Below are positions 1 to 7,668 of a stretch of DNA of 64,000 bases, in pieces; positions within the stretch are counted from its first letter, which is position 1, and every line of letters begins with the position of its first letter. The stretch lies in IMG/VR virus record IMGVR_UViG_3300046170_000173; one strand, 5' to 3'. Under the pieces are notes generated by a model. The model did no database searches, was not told the DNA's origin, and worked only from the letters and a program-made list of their open reading frames with translations. This stretch comes from a virus. Position numbers and translations under genes: made by a program.

Positions 1-14
1 TAAATACAACAATT

Positions 15-581
15 ATGAACATATTTATACTGAACGAATGTCCCGTCATCTCTGCACAAGAGCAATGTGACAAACATGTAGTTAAGATGATCGTCGAGTC
101 TGCACAGATGTTATCAACAGCCCATCGTATGCTCGACGGTCAATCCTATCGCAAACCTTCCAAGTCTGGTAAGACCATGATCAAGTATTATGATCATCCT
201 ACCCTAGACGATCAACTCTACAAAGCAGTCCACCACGGACACCCATGTACCATCTGGACAATGGAATCTATCTGCAACTACATTTGGCACTACAAACACT
301 TCATTGCTCTCTGTGACGAATATATGTATCGTTATGGTAAACGTCACTTGACAGATACCCTTCTGCGTAGTATACTTATGACTCCGCCGGCGCGTATACC
401 ACACGTCGAGCGGACACCGTTCAAACTTGCCATGGGCTCTAACCCTGAGTGTATGATGTCCGACCCTGTAGAGTCGTATCGTGCATTCTATCAGACCAAG
501 CAAGATCGGTTTAGTATGACATGGACTAGTCGTCCCGTCCCAACATGGTTTGAGGTAAAGAATGAAAGAGCAAGTGCTTAA
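15..581 (+). CDS. Pyrimidine-dimer DNA glycosylase / endonuclease V-like (Pyr_excise) protein
   Basis: N-terminus MNIF..L..CP..SA...CDKHVVKM..ESAQMLST and later HxxHPCTIW motif typical of this family in T4-like phages. Confidence 0.8.
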   Translation: MNIFILNECPVISAQEQCDKHVVKMIVESAQMLSTAHRMLDGQSYRKPSKSGKTMIKYYDHPTLDDQLYKAVHHGHPCTIWTMESICNYIWHYKHFIALCDEYMYRYGKRHLTDTLLRSILMTPPARIPHVERTPFKLAMGSNPECMMSDPVESYRAFYQTKQDRFSMTWTSRPVPTWFEVKNERASA

Positions 582-870
582 TATAATCAAAGAAGAAATC
601 ACTGAGAAGGTAATTCAGATATCAAGACTTCCCGTTGATAACACCATACCTAACACCAAGTTGCATTTCCTAACAGCAGAGTTGGGTGCAATGCAACAGA
701 TACTGCATCGAATGGAAAACGATCCTCTGGTGGGAGATGTTAGTCGACTTGAGGTCATTGATAATGACGGTAGAAGTTATACCAACTATTTAAATGAAGG
801 ACAGTCCATCTTCTTGTCTTTACAGGATGATAATCGCACCCTTAAAATTTTTGTGGAGAGTAACAAGTGA
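562..870 (+). CDS. Hypothetical protein
   Basis: ORF with GAGG RBS, overlapping both neighbours. Confidence 0.6.
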   Translation: MKEQVLNIIKEEITEKVIQISRLPVDNTIPNTKLHFLTAELGAMQQILHRMENDPLVGDVSRLEVIDNDGRSYTNYLNEGQSIFLSLQDDNRTLKIFVESNK

Positions 871-1163
871 TTCACGGTTCAATGAGACACACTACCACTG
901 GTAGAAAGAAGACGTATAATGCTTGGTCTACGAAGAAGAAACCCGCCCCTAAGTTCGTTCCTATGCAAGTGAAGAATGAACCCTACCGAAGGGAAACCCC
1001 CGTGTATAAGTCTGTAGATGTCAATGTAGACTGTACCCAAAAGAAAGAACCTCAGAAGTACACTGGCACTCTGGTTAAGGGTATCGGTACAATGCATAAG
1101 TCGAATGCCATTCCGGTCATTGATGAACAGCAAATGAAAGACCTTGCGTCTATGAGGAGATAA
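867..1163 (+). CDS. Conserved basic hypothetical protein of T4-like phages
   Basis: C-terminal YTGTLVKGIGTMHKSNAIPV motif recalled from T4-like phages; GGAG RBS. Confidence 0.7.
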   Translation: MIHGSMRHTTTGRKKTYNAWSTKKKPAPKFVPMQVKNEPYRRETPVYKSVDVNVDCTQKKEPQKYTGTLVKGIGTMHKSNAIPVIDEQQMKDLASMRR

Positions 1164-1169
1164 TCAAAA

Positions 1170-1571
1170 TTGATTACTTTAGAATTTTACGGTCGAATTA
1201 AGAATCGGAAAAGATACGAAGAGTTTGCAATTAATGTCATCAATGACTTATTGCCTCGATCTTTCAAAAGAGACATTAGTGTGTTTGTTCACTTCACCAA
1301 GAACATAGATGAGATGGGTCTCTGTCACGTCGAGGAGAAGGATGTGATTGGAGTACAGATCAATACCAACCAAAGTGCGGCCGAGATCGCTCAGACTCTC
1401 GCCCACGAACTGGTCCACGTCAAACAGTTCATTCGCAAGGAATTGAACGCCGATATGGATCGATGGAAAAGAGACCGCATCCCTGAAGATGTGATGATTC
1501 CCTACCGTAATCAACCTTGGGAGATTGAGGCCTTCGAAAAGGAAGTTTGGTTAACAAAGGCGTATTGGTAA
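1170..1571 (+). CDS. HEXXH zinc metallopeptidase-like protein
   Basis: TLAHELVHVKQ ... QPWEIEAF motifs. Confidence 0.7.
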   Translation: MITLEFYGRIKNRKRYEEFAINVINDLLPRSFKRDISVFVHFTKNIDEMGLCHVEEKDVIGVQINTNQSAAEIAQTLAHELVHVKQFIRKELNADMDRWKRDRIPEDVMIPYRNQPWEIEAFEKEVWLTKAYW

Positions 1572-1600
1572 AATTACCATAAAAAAGTTTTCAAAAAGTG

Positions 1601-1630
1601 TTGACACATGTTTCCAAATCGTGTTATACT
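1601..1630 (+). promoter_or_regulatory. sigma70-type early promoter
   Basis: TTGACA-N18-TATACT with TG extension and A-rich upstream sequence. Confidence 0.7.
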
Positions 1631-1664
1631 TACCCTGTAAGTTGAGATGAGAGAGAGAAACCAA

Positions 1665-1796
1665 ATGATCAAACTGAAACCCGCAACTACCCAGAGATAT
1701 GTTGAAGTGATCTTCGGCCAAGCAATCCTTTGGATGTTTGTCTATACTGCGATGCAACTCGCCTCCGGTCACCCAGTTGAACCCTACGTCTACTAA
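1665..1796 (+). CDS. 43-aa putative membrane peptide (not in ORF track)
   Basis: MIKLKPATTQRYVEVIFGQAILWMFVYTAMQLASGHPVEPYVY; follows the promoter and a GAGAGAG leader; hydrophobic core. Confidence 0.6.
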   Translation: MIKLKPATTQRYVEVIFGQAILWMFVYTAMQLASGHPVEPYVY

Positions 1797-1805
1797 GGAT
1801 TTATT

Positions 1806-2105
1806 ATGTTGAAATTTGAAAACACTGCGAACGTCGGAGACATGATCCGTGCATATGACTTCCAACCTATGCCCGATCGTCCTGATTCTTACCTCATAGG
1901 TGAGGTTCTTGAGAAAGGTGAGATTTGGGCGAAACCCCACCACACCTTTCCCCGTAAAGTCCATATGTGTAACGGATACACTGTTTTTGTTAAGGATTCT
2001 GAGACAGGTTCTGTGAATCACGATATGGAACGTGTGGGTCGTATCATGTACGTCCCTTTTGAAATGTCATTGACTGATTTTGATAACCGTGTGGAGGTGA
2101 TCTAA
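1806..2105 (+). CDS. Hypothetical early protein
   Basis: AAGGA RBS; TAATG coupling to next gene. Confidence 0.7.
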   Translation: MLKFENTANVGDMIRAYDFQPMPDRPDSYLIGEVLEKGEIWAKPHHTFPRKVHMCNGYTVFVKDSETGSVNHDMERVGRIMYVPFEMSLTDFDNRVEVI

Positions 2106-2566
2106 TGACTGCTACTTTTGATCGAATCTGGGAAGAGTTGGTTCCTCGTGAAGGTAACGCCGCTACTGTCGCTGGTGAAATGATCCGTGCTGCAGGTCGC
2201 CTTCGTTACGACTTCTACAACAACGGTATGGGTAACAATACGTCCGGTGCCCTAAAGTTCCTACGCGAGAAGAGTGCGATCGACAGAGAATTGTTCGAGT
2301 ACGTCTTGCCCTACACTACGGGTCGTCTGTATCAAGGCAAATATGAGAATGATCTGTTCCATATCGCGATCGACCGTATCGTTGAGATGACCACCAAGAT
2401 GGTCACTTTCAATCCTCAGTTGATGACGATGGAGAACACCGAAGACATGTTCGACTATTCGGATGAAGATCTCGATGAGACATGTCCAGAGTGTTCGGGA
2501 TACGGATACGATGACTACGGGGATGAGGACTGTTACATGTGTGACGGCACCGGATTCGCCAGTTAA
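2105..2566 (+). CDS. Hypothetical protein with C-terminal DnaJ-type CxxCxGxG zinc finger
   Basis: CPECSGYG ... CYMCDGTG. Confidence 0.7.
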   Translation: MTATFDRIWEELVPREGNAATVAGEMIRAAGRLRYDFYNNGMGNNTSGALKFLREKSAIDRELFEYVLPYTTGRLYQGKYENDLFHIAIDRIVEMTTKMVTFNPQLMTMENTEDMFDYSDEDLDETCPECSGYGYDDYGDEDCYMCDGTGFAS

Positions 2567-2574
2567 TAGTTTAG

Positions 2575-2635
2575 AGGGGAGTCGGTCTTTCGAAGAATGC
2601 GACTGACAGCAGTGTGGACCACTCCCTATTTTTTT
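2575..2635 (+). terminator. Branched intrinsic terminator
   Basis: GGGAGT-c-GGTC ... GACC-ACTCCC stem followed by a T7 run, with two small internal hairpins. Confidence 0.6.
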
Positions 2636-2710
2636 CGTTCTATATACGAAAAAGTTATAAGGTTATTCCAAAATATTCTAAAAATAATCCATTTATTTTC
2701 GCTCTTGTTG

Positions 2711-2739
2711 TTGACTCCTGTTTCAAAAACATGTATAAT
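2711..2739 (+). promoter_or_regulatory. sigma70-type early promoter
   Basis: TTGACT-N17-TATAAT followed by GTCTACATTAAATTGA. Confidence 0.85.
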
Positions 2740-2772
2740 GTCTACATTAAATTGATAAAGAGAGAGTAGATT

Positions 2773-3027
2773 ATGACTAATGAGAACTGGACAGACAACA
2801 CAGAAACCAACGAAGACGCTACCTTCCTAACACAGGAAGAGTACGATGTCGCCATGAAAGTTATCCCAGTAGACATCAAAGACGTTAAGAATTTCCGTGC
2901 CGGTTTCGAACTGGTCGAGTATGAGGCAGATACCGATCCTTTAGACGGTTTTTGTTTGATGGGTTTCGATGAGATCGGAATGTTTTGTAAGAATCCTCGT
3001 TATGCATTTATTGGAGGTGCCGCATGA
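2773..3027 (+). CDS. Acidic hypothetical early protein
   Basis: First ORF after promoter, GAGAGAG leader. Confidence 0.65.
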   Translation: MTNENWTDNTETNEDATFLTQEEYDVAMKVIPVDIKDVKNFRAGFELVEYEADTDPLDGFCLMGFDEIGMFCKNPRYAFIGGAA

Positions 3028-3245
3028 TAGATTATATTTCTTGTACCGAAGACGGTTCAACGATCCGTCTCTATGACTCCGACGAATTCCGTCCAGTGTG
3101 TGAGTCCAATGATATCGCTGAACTTGCGAACACATACCTCAAGTATGGTATTGCGCCTACAGTGATGGGTTCGTCTGACTGGTTTGAGGCACCGTTCTCA
3201 ACCGCTCGCGATCACATCATGAAAAAAGTCTATGAAATAATCTAG
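3024..3245 (+). CDS. Hypothetical protein
   Basis: GGAGG RBS; ATGA overlap. Confidence 0.65.
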   Translation: MIDYISCTEDGSTIRLYDSDEFRPVCESNDIAELANTYLKYGIAPTVMGSSDWFEAPFSTARDHIMKKVYEII

Positions 3246-3255
3246 GAGAAATTGC

Positions 3256-3408
3256 ATGATGGATGTTTGGTGTGTCGAGTGGTATGATGAAAACGATGAA
3301 CGTCACATAGAATGGAATGTTCGAGATCCCGAACTTCTTCGACAGAACTTGCTTGACCTTGGTATGGATCCTACCCGAATCGATATCTACATGAAGGATG
3401 TGTCCTAA
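3256..3408 (+). CDS. 50-aa hypothetical protein (not in ORF track)
   Basis: AGGAG RBS; MMDVWCVEWYDENDERHIEW...; TAATG coupling. Confidence 0.65.
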   Translation: MMDVWCVEWYDENDERHIEWNVRDPELLRQNLLDLGMDPTRIDIYMKDVS

Positions 3409-3677
3409 TGCCTAAGATCGTCAAACTGAATTACGACCGGAAGGTCCGTTACATATTCGACAAGGACACCGAAGAGTGTTCTCGCCTCTCTAACGAGGTC
3501 ATGGACCACTATGGTCAATATTTAGAAACCCCACACGGTTGGTGGATGGAAGATATTAAAACTTTTCATAAGACCGTCCGAGAGTGTGGATTATCAGTCA
3601 GGGAGTTCCTCACAAAGACATGGAAACCACCAAAGAAAAAGGCTCCCGTGAAGAAACGGGTGAGGAAAAAGAAATGA
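3408..3677 (+). CDS. Hypothetical protein with basic C-terminal tail
   Basis: Coupled ORF ending KPPKKKAPVKKRVRKKK. Confidence 0.6.
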   Translation: MPKIVKLNYDRKVRYIFDKDTEECSRLSNEVMDHYGQYLETPHGWWMEDIKTFHKTVRECGLSVREFLTKTWKPPKKKAPVKKRVRKKK

Positions 3678-4279
3678 GGGCAGCATATCGAAGGGCGATA
3701 GACGCGGGCCTCACTACCTCTCAGGCCCACAAGTATTCCGACTACTACCGTCGCAAGACGGTCCTACCAAAACGCGACAGCGAGAAGACCAAGACCTACA
3801 ACGCAGAGTGGAAACTCGAAAACGAACACCCCGACTTGATCGGTCCACTCAAGGACTTCAAGGACGTGGAGAAGTTTGTAAAACAAGTGACTTCGTCCAA
3901 GACGTGGGAGAAGGTGTCTCGTTACCACGGCAAGGTGCGCGTCGTCCAATCGCGCAATATGGGAGGTCGTGCCGCCTACATGGGTAAGTCGCATGGGTCG
4001 TGGATTGAGATCTCGCCTGCGTTCGACTTCAACAAGTACATTGTCCTACACGAACTTGCACACAGTGCGGGACACAACCACCACCACGTGACCTTCCGTG
4101 AGTGTCTTTTGAAGTTGGTGTCTAGGTTCCTTGGTCGTGAGACCGCCGCGATCCTGAAGGCGAACTTCAAGGAACAGGGTCTGAGAGTGACCCCGTCGAA
4201 AGCGAAGGATCCGGAGTCGTGGTTGAGGGCTGTAAAAAATGTGCCGTGTGACTTATTACCGAAAAATAGTCACAGCTAA
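3674..4279 (+). CDS. HEXXH metallohydrolase (SprT / Rv0185-like)
   Basis: Likely start at MRAAYRR (ATGA overlap); KTYNAE and IVLHELAHSAGHNHHHVTF motifs. Confidence 0.65.
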   Translation: MRAAYRRAIDAGLTTSQAHKYSDYYRRKTVLPKRDSEKTKTYNAEWKLENEHPDLIGPLKDFKDVEKFVKQVTSSKTWEKVSRYHGKVRVVQSRNMGGRAAYMGKSHGSWIEISPAFDFNKYIVLHELAHSAGHNHHHVTFRECLLKLVSRFLGRETAAILKANFKEQGLRVTPSKAKDPESWLRAVKNVPCDLLPKNSHS

Positions 4280-4282
4280 CTG

Positions 4283-4310
4283 TTGACTTTCTTTCTAAAA
4301 CAGGTATAAT
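4283..4310 (+). promoter_or_regulatory. sigma70-type early promoter
   Basis: TTGACT-N16-TATAAT followed by GGCTACATAAATTGA. Confidence 0.75.
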
Positions 4311-4334
4311 GGCTACATAAATTGAGGAGTGAGT

Positions 4335-4556
4335 ATGTTATCTAATTTTGAAAAGTTTAAAACTGTACTGTTCGGTCTAACCTTTGGTGTTGGTATCGCT
4401 GTGTGGATAAATGCGATCCACAACGTTATCGATATGCCAGACGTGTTAGTCAGTAATAGTACGGGCGAATGTGTTGATGTTTTCAACTACAGAGAGAAAG
4501 ACCAATACACTTGTCAGAACTTACCTGATCGTTATAACCATATTTGGGTAATGTGA
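4335..4556 (+). CDS. Small membrane-anchored protein
   Basis: GAGGAG RBS; hydrophobic segment VLFGLTFGVGIAVWI; two Cys. Confidence 0.65.
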   Translation: MLSNFEKFKTVLFGLTFGVGIAVWINAIHNVIDMPDVLVSNSTGECVDVFNYREKDQYTCQNLPDRYNHIWVM

Positions 4557-4611
4557 TATGTCTTTATTCCAAAATAATCTAATAAAAAGTGAAAAAAAGT
4601 GCCATAGGCCC

Positions 4612-4639
4612 TTGACAATATCTGCTAATTTGGTATAAT
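4612..4639 (+). promoter_or_regulatory. sigma70-type early promoter
   Basis: TTGACA-N16-TATAAT followed by GGCTACATAAATTGA. Confidence 0.8.
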
Positions 4640-4671
4640 GGCTACATAAATTGATGAGAGAGAGATTAGTT

Positions 4672-5220
4672 ATGTTGAATTTGATTGAGAAGTATGAAGC
4701 ACGTGGTCTTGAGTTAGACATTGATGAAGCAAAGATCACTGCGGTTTGTAAGCGTCCTACTAAACGTGCCCGTCTGGGTTACAAGACTGAGTTCGCTTAC
4801 CGTTACGGCACTGTCGCTCGTATGATTGAACACGTTGAGCAGTTCCTTGTTGATCTTGAACGCGCTGACCAATACAAACAAGAACGTAAGATCGCTCGTG
4901 CCGCTGCCAAGGTTGCCGCTCTTGAGACTGTCAAAGAGGGTGACGTCTTCGTCGCGTCTTGGGGTTGGGAGCAAACCAACATCGATGCTTACCAAGTTGT
5001 CGCTCGAAAAGGTGCGACTGTCACTCTGCGTGAAATTGGTCTTGAGAGTATTGAAGGTTCTGAAGGTTTTATGAGTGATCGTGTTCGAGTTGTCAAAGAC
5101 GCCTTCATCGGTAATGAGTTCACGAAGCGAATCACTGGTAAACACATCAATATCGACGATGTGCGAATGGCAAGTCCTGTTGAAGAAGGTCAAGAATTCT
5201 ACCGCAGTTGGTACGCGTAA
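4672..5220 (+). CDS. Conserved phage hypothetical protein (SWGWEQTNID motif)
   Basis: GDVFVASWGWEQTNIDAYQVV; start after GAGAGAG leader. Confidence 0.75.
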   Translation: MLNLIEKYEARGLELDIDEAKITAVCKRPTKRARLGYKTEFAYRYGTVARMIEHVEQFLVDLERADQYKQERKIARAAAKVAALETVKEGDVFVASWGWEQTNIDAYQVVARKGATVTLREIGLESIEGSEGFMSDRVRVVKDAFIGNEFTKRITGKHINIDDVRMASPVEEGQEFYRSWYA

Positions 5221-5381
5221 TGGACTTTCGTCACTGGTGTACTCAAAAATGGTTCGATCACTGCGATGAGGTCGAATCTTTCGAAGGGTCTCGACCCAAT
5301 TATGATTCAAAACGTTATTTTAACATGTACAAGTGGTGGTTAAAGAGAGAATACCGTCACGAAATGAAAGGAGAGAAGTAA
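5220..5381 (+). CDS. 53-aa hypothetical protein (not in ORF track)
   Basis: MDFRHWCTQKWFDHCDE...YFNMYKWWLKREY; TAATG coupling at both ends. Confidence 0.7.
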   Translation: MDFRHWCTQKWFDHCDEVESFEGSRPNYDSKRYFNMYKWWLKREYRHEMKGEK

Positions 5382-5605
5382 TGGAATTTGTAGCTAAACC
5401 CCAACTAACTAATCGTCGACACACTGAGACCTTCAACACTCTGAAGGAAGCAGTCGACTATCTTAATGAGTTCAACAACCTTGGTGATGAGGAAGGTGGT
5501 TTACCCCGTCTCAAGGCAGAGGACTTCGCCCTTGTCGGTAAGTTATCAACCCCTACTGGGTTCTACTACCGTGAGAACCGATTGATGGAGATGGGAACTA
5601 AGTGA
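5381..5605 (+). CDS. Hypothetical protein
   Basis: Start MEFVAKPQ with AGGAG RBS. Confidence 0.65.
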   Translation: MEFVAKPQLTNRRHTETFNTLKEAVDYLNEFNNLGDEEGGLPRLKAEDFALVGKLSTPTGFYYRENRLMEMGTK

Positions 5606-5811
5606 TGGAATGGTATGAAATGGGAGATGCTGGTGAGCATCTCCGAGACGTGATTGATGCTTTTATCGATGGGTTTACCAACGAGAGAGAATTCTCTGCG
5701 GAACTGGATGCGATGGGACTGTCCTATGAAGAGCAGAACGAGATTATTCGAAGTGAAATTCGTGTCTTGGAAACGCAAATCGCAGAGTCTGCACAAGGTA
5801 CGATCCACTAA
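5602..5811 (+). CDS. Acidic hypothetical protein
   Basis: Coupled ORF. Confidence 0.6.
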   Translation: MMEWYEMGDAGEHLRDVIDAFIDGFTNEREFSAELDAMGLSYEEQNEIIRSEIRVLETQIAESAQGTIH

Positions 5812-6302
5812 TGAACGTCGCAGAAAATGTCATCATTGAAAACTCGCCCAGTTTTGCACTGTCGGACTACACGTTCCGCGTTGCAGAGGCGTTAGGAATT
5901 AATCGCCTTGGTGGATACATCAAGGTCGATTTCAAAGAAGAAGACATCACCCATTTCTCAGCTGAGGTGGATGGAACCGAAGACCGAGTCGACCTCACTG
6001 TCCGATTGGATAACGAGATTACCGAAGATCAGGTCAAAGTGCATATTGCACATGAGATGATTCATGCTGTACAGATTCTCACAGGCAGACTTATACATAT
6101 AGGTCTCACATGGTGTGAGGAGTCGCATGGTATCGTCTACAAACATATTTTTGACGACAAGGAATATATCAACGTCAAGTACGCTGATCAACCTTGGGAA
6201 ATTGAGGCATACTCTTATGAAGAAGAAGTCTATAACGCGGTCGAATCCGGTAGCGAAACACTCGCCGAAATTCAATCGGCCATCCACCCACGTCGACCGT
6301 AA
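5811..6302 (+). CDS. HEXXH zinc metallopeptidase-like protein, paralogue of 1170-1571
   Basis: IAHEMIHAVQ ... QPWEIEAY. Confidence 0.7.
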   Translation: MNVAENVIIENSPSFALSDYTFRVAEALGINRLGGYIKVDFKEEDITHFSAEVDGTEDRVDLTVRLDNEITEDQVKVHIAHEMIHAVQILTGRLIHIGLTWCEESHGIVYKHIFDDKEYINVKYADQPWEIEAYSYEEEVYNAVESGSETLAEIQSAIHPRRP

Positions 6303-6366
6303 GAAAGAGGTGAAGAAGCGAGGTTACACCCAAGACCTTCTCTACCCTAACAACGAGCACTCGTAA
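6217..6366 (+). CDS. Small basic protein (NPVAKH..FN....H.DRKK..KRGY type)
   Basis: MKKKSITRSNPVAKHSPKFNRPSTHVDRKKEVKKRGY; GAGG RBS; overlaps the previous gene by 86 nt. Confidence 0.6.
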   Translation: MKKKSITRSNPVAKHSPKFNRPSTHVDRKKEVKKRGYTQDLLYPNNEHS

Positions 6367-6545
6367 TGACCGAAGATCAATACATTCAGGAAGCACTCGA
6401 CCACGCAATTTCCCAGACTTTTATGGGGACTGTTGATTGGGCGAAGGTAATCGACTTTCTGCGTGAGAAGTATCCACACATGGATACAGAGTACCTTTTC
6501 ATGATTGCGAACCGTGCTCGGTTTCAGTACAATAAAATTTCTTGA
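6366..6545 (+). CDS. 59-aa hypothetical protein (not in ORF track)
   Basis: TAATG-coupled ORF MTEDQYIQEALDHAISQ... Confidence 0.55.
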   Translation: MTEDQYIQEALDHAISQTFMGTVDWAKVIDFLREKYPHMDTEYLFMIANRARFQYNKIS

Positions 6546-6570
6546 CACACACCACTTAATGAGGTATAAT
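6542..6570 (+). promoter_or_regulatory. sigma70-type promoter
   Basis: TTGACA-N17-TATAAT, perfect consensus. Confidence 0.7.
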
Positions 6571-6798
6571 ATGCAGGTTTCTAAAGAAGAACGATACGCG
6601 ATGATTCGTCGAGCAGCTCTCAAGATTCAGAAGCGTAGTAAGGTTTCCCGTGCGAACACCCAGTTGGCACGAGAAGTAATTGCTCTTGATGAGCAGGATT
6701 GTAAGTCCAAGATTTCTTGGGCTGACACTGATCGGTATGTAGCTACACACTACTCCGATGTTTATGAAGCAAATGTCCAACCAGAGGAATGGAGCTAA
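6571..6798 (+). CDS. Hypothetical protein
   Basis: Start MQVSKEER with GAGG RBS. Confidence 0.6.
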   Translation: MQVSKEERYAMIRRAALKIQKRSKVSRANTQLAREVIALDEQDCKSKISWADTDRYVATHYSDVYEANVQPEEWS

Positions 6799-7097
6799 TG
6801 GCAGTAACACAACCCGAAAATCTGATCGATCTTGGTCAGTTTCCACAGAACGATGTGGAGTTAATAACGCGTGAGTATATGCGATGTGCATATATCGACC
6901 TCTTAACAGAGTTCGGTAAGACTTTCGCAGAACGTGATGAGTCAGACACTGAACGTGCAAACGTTTTGAAAACTCTTGAAGCGTTCGAACACACAATTGC
7001 AGTTCTCGATCAAAGTGAGGATTTCTTGGAGTTCGTTCACCAAGGAGCAGAAGGTGAAGAAGAATCCACCGAAGATGACGAATTTGACCGATTCTAA
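6798..7097 (+). CDS. Acidic hypothetical protein
   Basis: TAATG coupling; GGAG RBS. Confidence 0.6.
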   Translation: MAVTQPENLIDLGQFPQNDVELITREYMRCAYIDLLTEFGKTFAERDESDTERANVLKTLEAFEHTIAVLDQSEDFLEFVHQGAEGEEESTEDDEFDRF

Positions 7098-7107
7098 GGA
7101 GGCGATT

Positions 7108-7365
7108 ATGTCATATGATAACATCGTAGAGCAACTGCGATCGGATGTTCTTGAGGTGACATTCACGAAGGTAAACGGTGAGACACGAGTAATGCCGTGC
7201 ACTCTATTGTCTTCGTTTATGCCATCTAATACACCAACCGAAGCGACCGATATTGATCAACACTCTGTCAATAAGACAGTGATCCGTGCGTTCGCAATCG
7301 ATAAACAAGCGTGGCGGTCGTTTCGTGTAGACAACGTCACTAATATTGAGGTACTGAATGGTTGA
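7108..7365 (+). CDS. SH3-like beta-barrel protein (DUF2693 / WYL_2 type)
   Basis: V.EVTFTKVNGETRVM.CTL ... AWRSFRVD; AAGGAGG RBS. Confidence 0.75.
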   Translation: MSYDNIVEQLRSDVLEVTFTKVNGETRVMPCTLLSSFMPSNTPTEATDIDQHSVNKTVIRAFAIDKQAWRSFRVDNVTNIEVLNG

Positions 7366-7603
7366 AGGTAACGAGAATCCAGAGGAAAACTTCCTAACAA
7401 AGAAGTCATTTTCTCAGATGATCGAGACCTTCGTCTACCAGAACCGTATGTCCTATATGGACAGCATTGTTCACCTATGCGAGAAAAATGGTTTGGAACT
7501 GGAGGATATCAAAAAATATCTGACACCGACCGTCGTCGAACATCTGGAGAATGAGGCACGTCAACTGAACTTTCTACCTAAACAGAATTCACTAGACGTA
7601 TAA
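7358..7603 (+). CDS. 33: Late transcription coactivator gp33
   Basis: F...IE..V....SYMD.IV..CE.N.LE.E.....L......LE.EA..LNFLPK pattern; position upstream of gp32. Confidence 0.85.
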   Translation: MVEGNENPEENFLTKKSFSQMIETFVYQNRMSYMDSIVHLCEKNGLELEDIKKYLTPTVVEHLENEARQLNFLPKQNSLDV

Positions 7604-7606
7604 ATA
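7599..7606 (+). promoter_or_regulatory. T4-type late promoter
   Basis: TATAAATA upstream of gp32. Confidence 0.8.
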
Positions 7607-7668
7607 CACATGCCCTAGAGGCAATCTCATATTTTAGTTTATATTTAAGTTTATACAAGGTACATATT

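Noticed and set aside
1-6. Late promoter at the window start (TAAATA before gene 15-581)
   Set aside because: Probably a truncated TATAAATA, but the first two bases lie outside the window.
2575-2635. Hammerhead ribozyme
   Set aside because: The minus strand has CGAAA next to a stem but lacks the CUGAnGA core and a proper NUH site.
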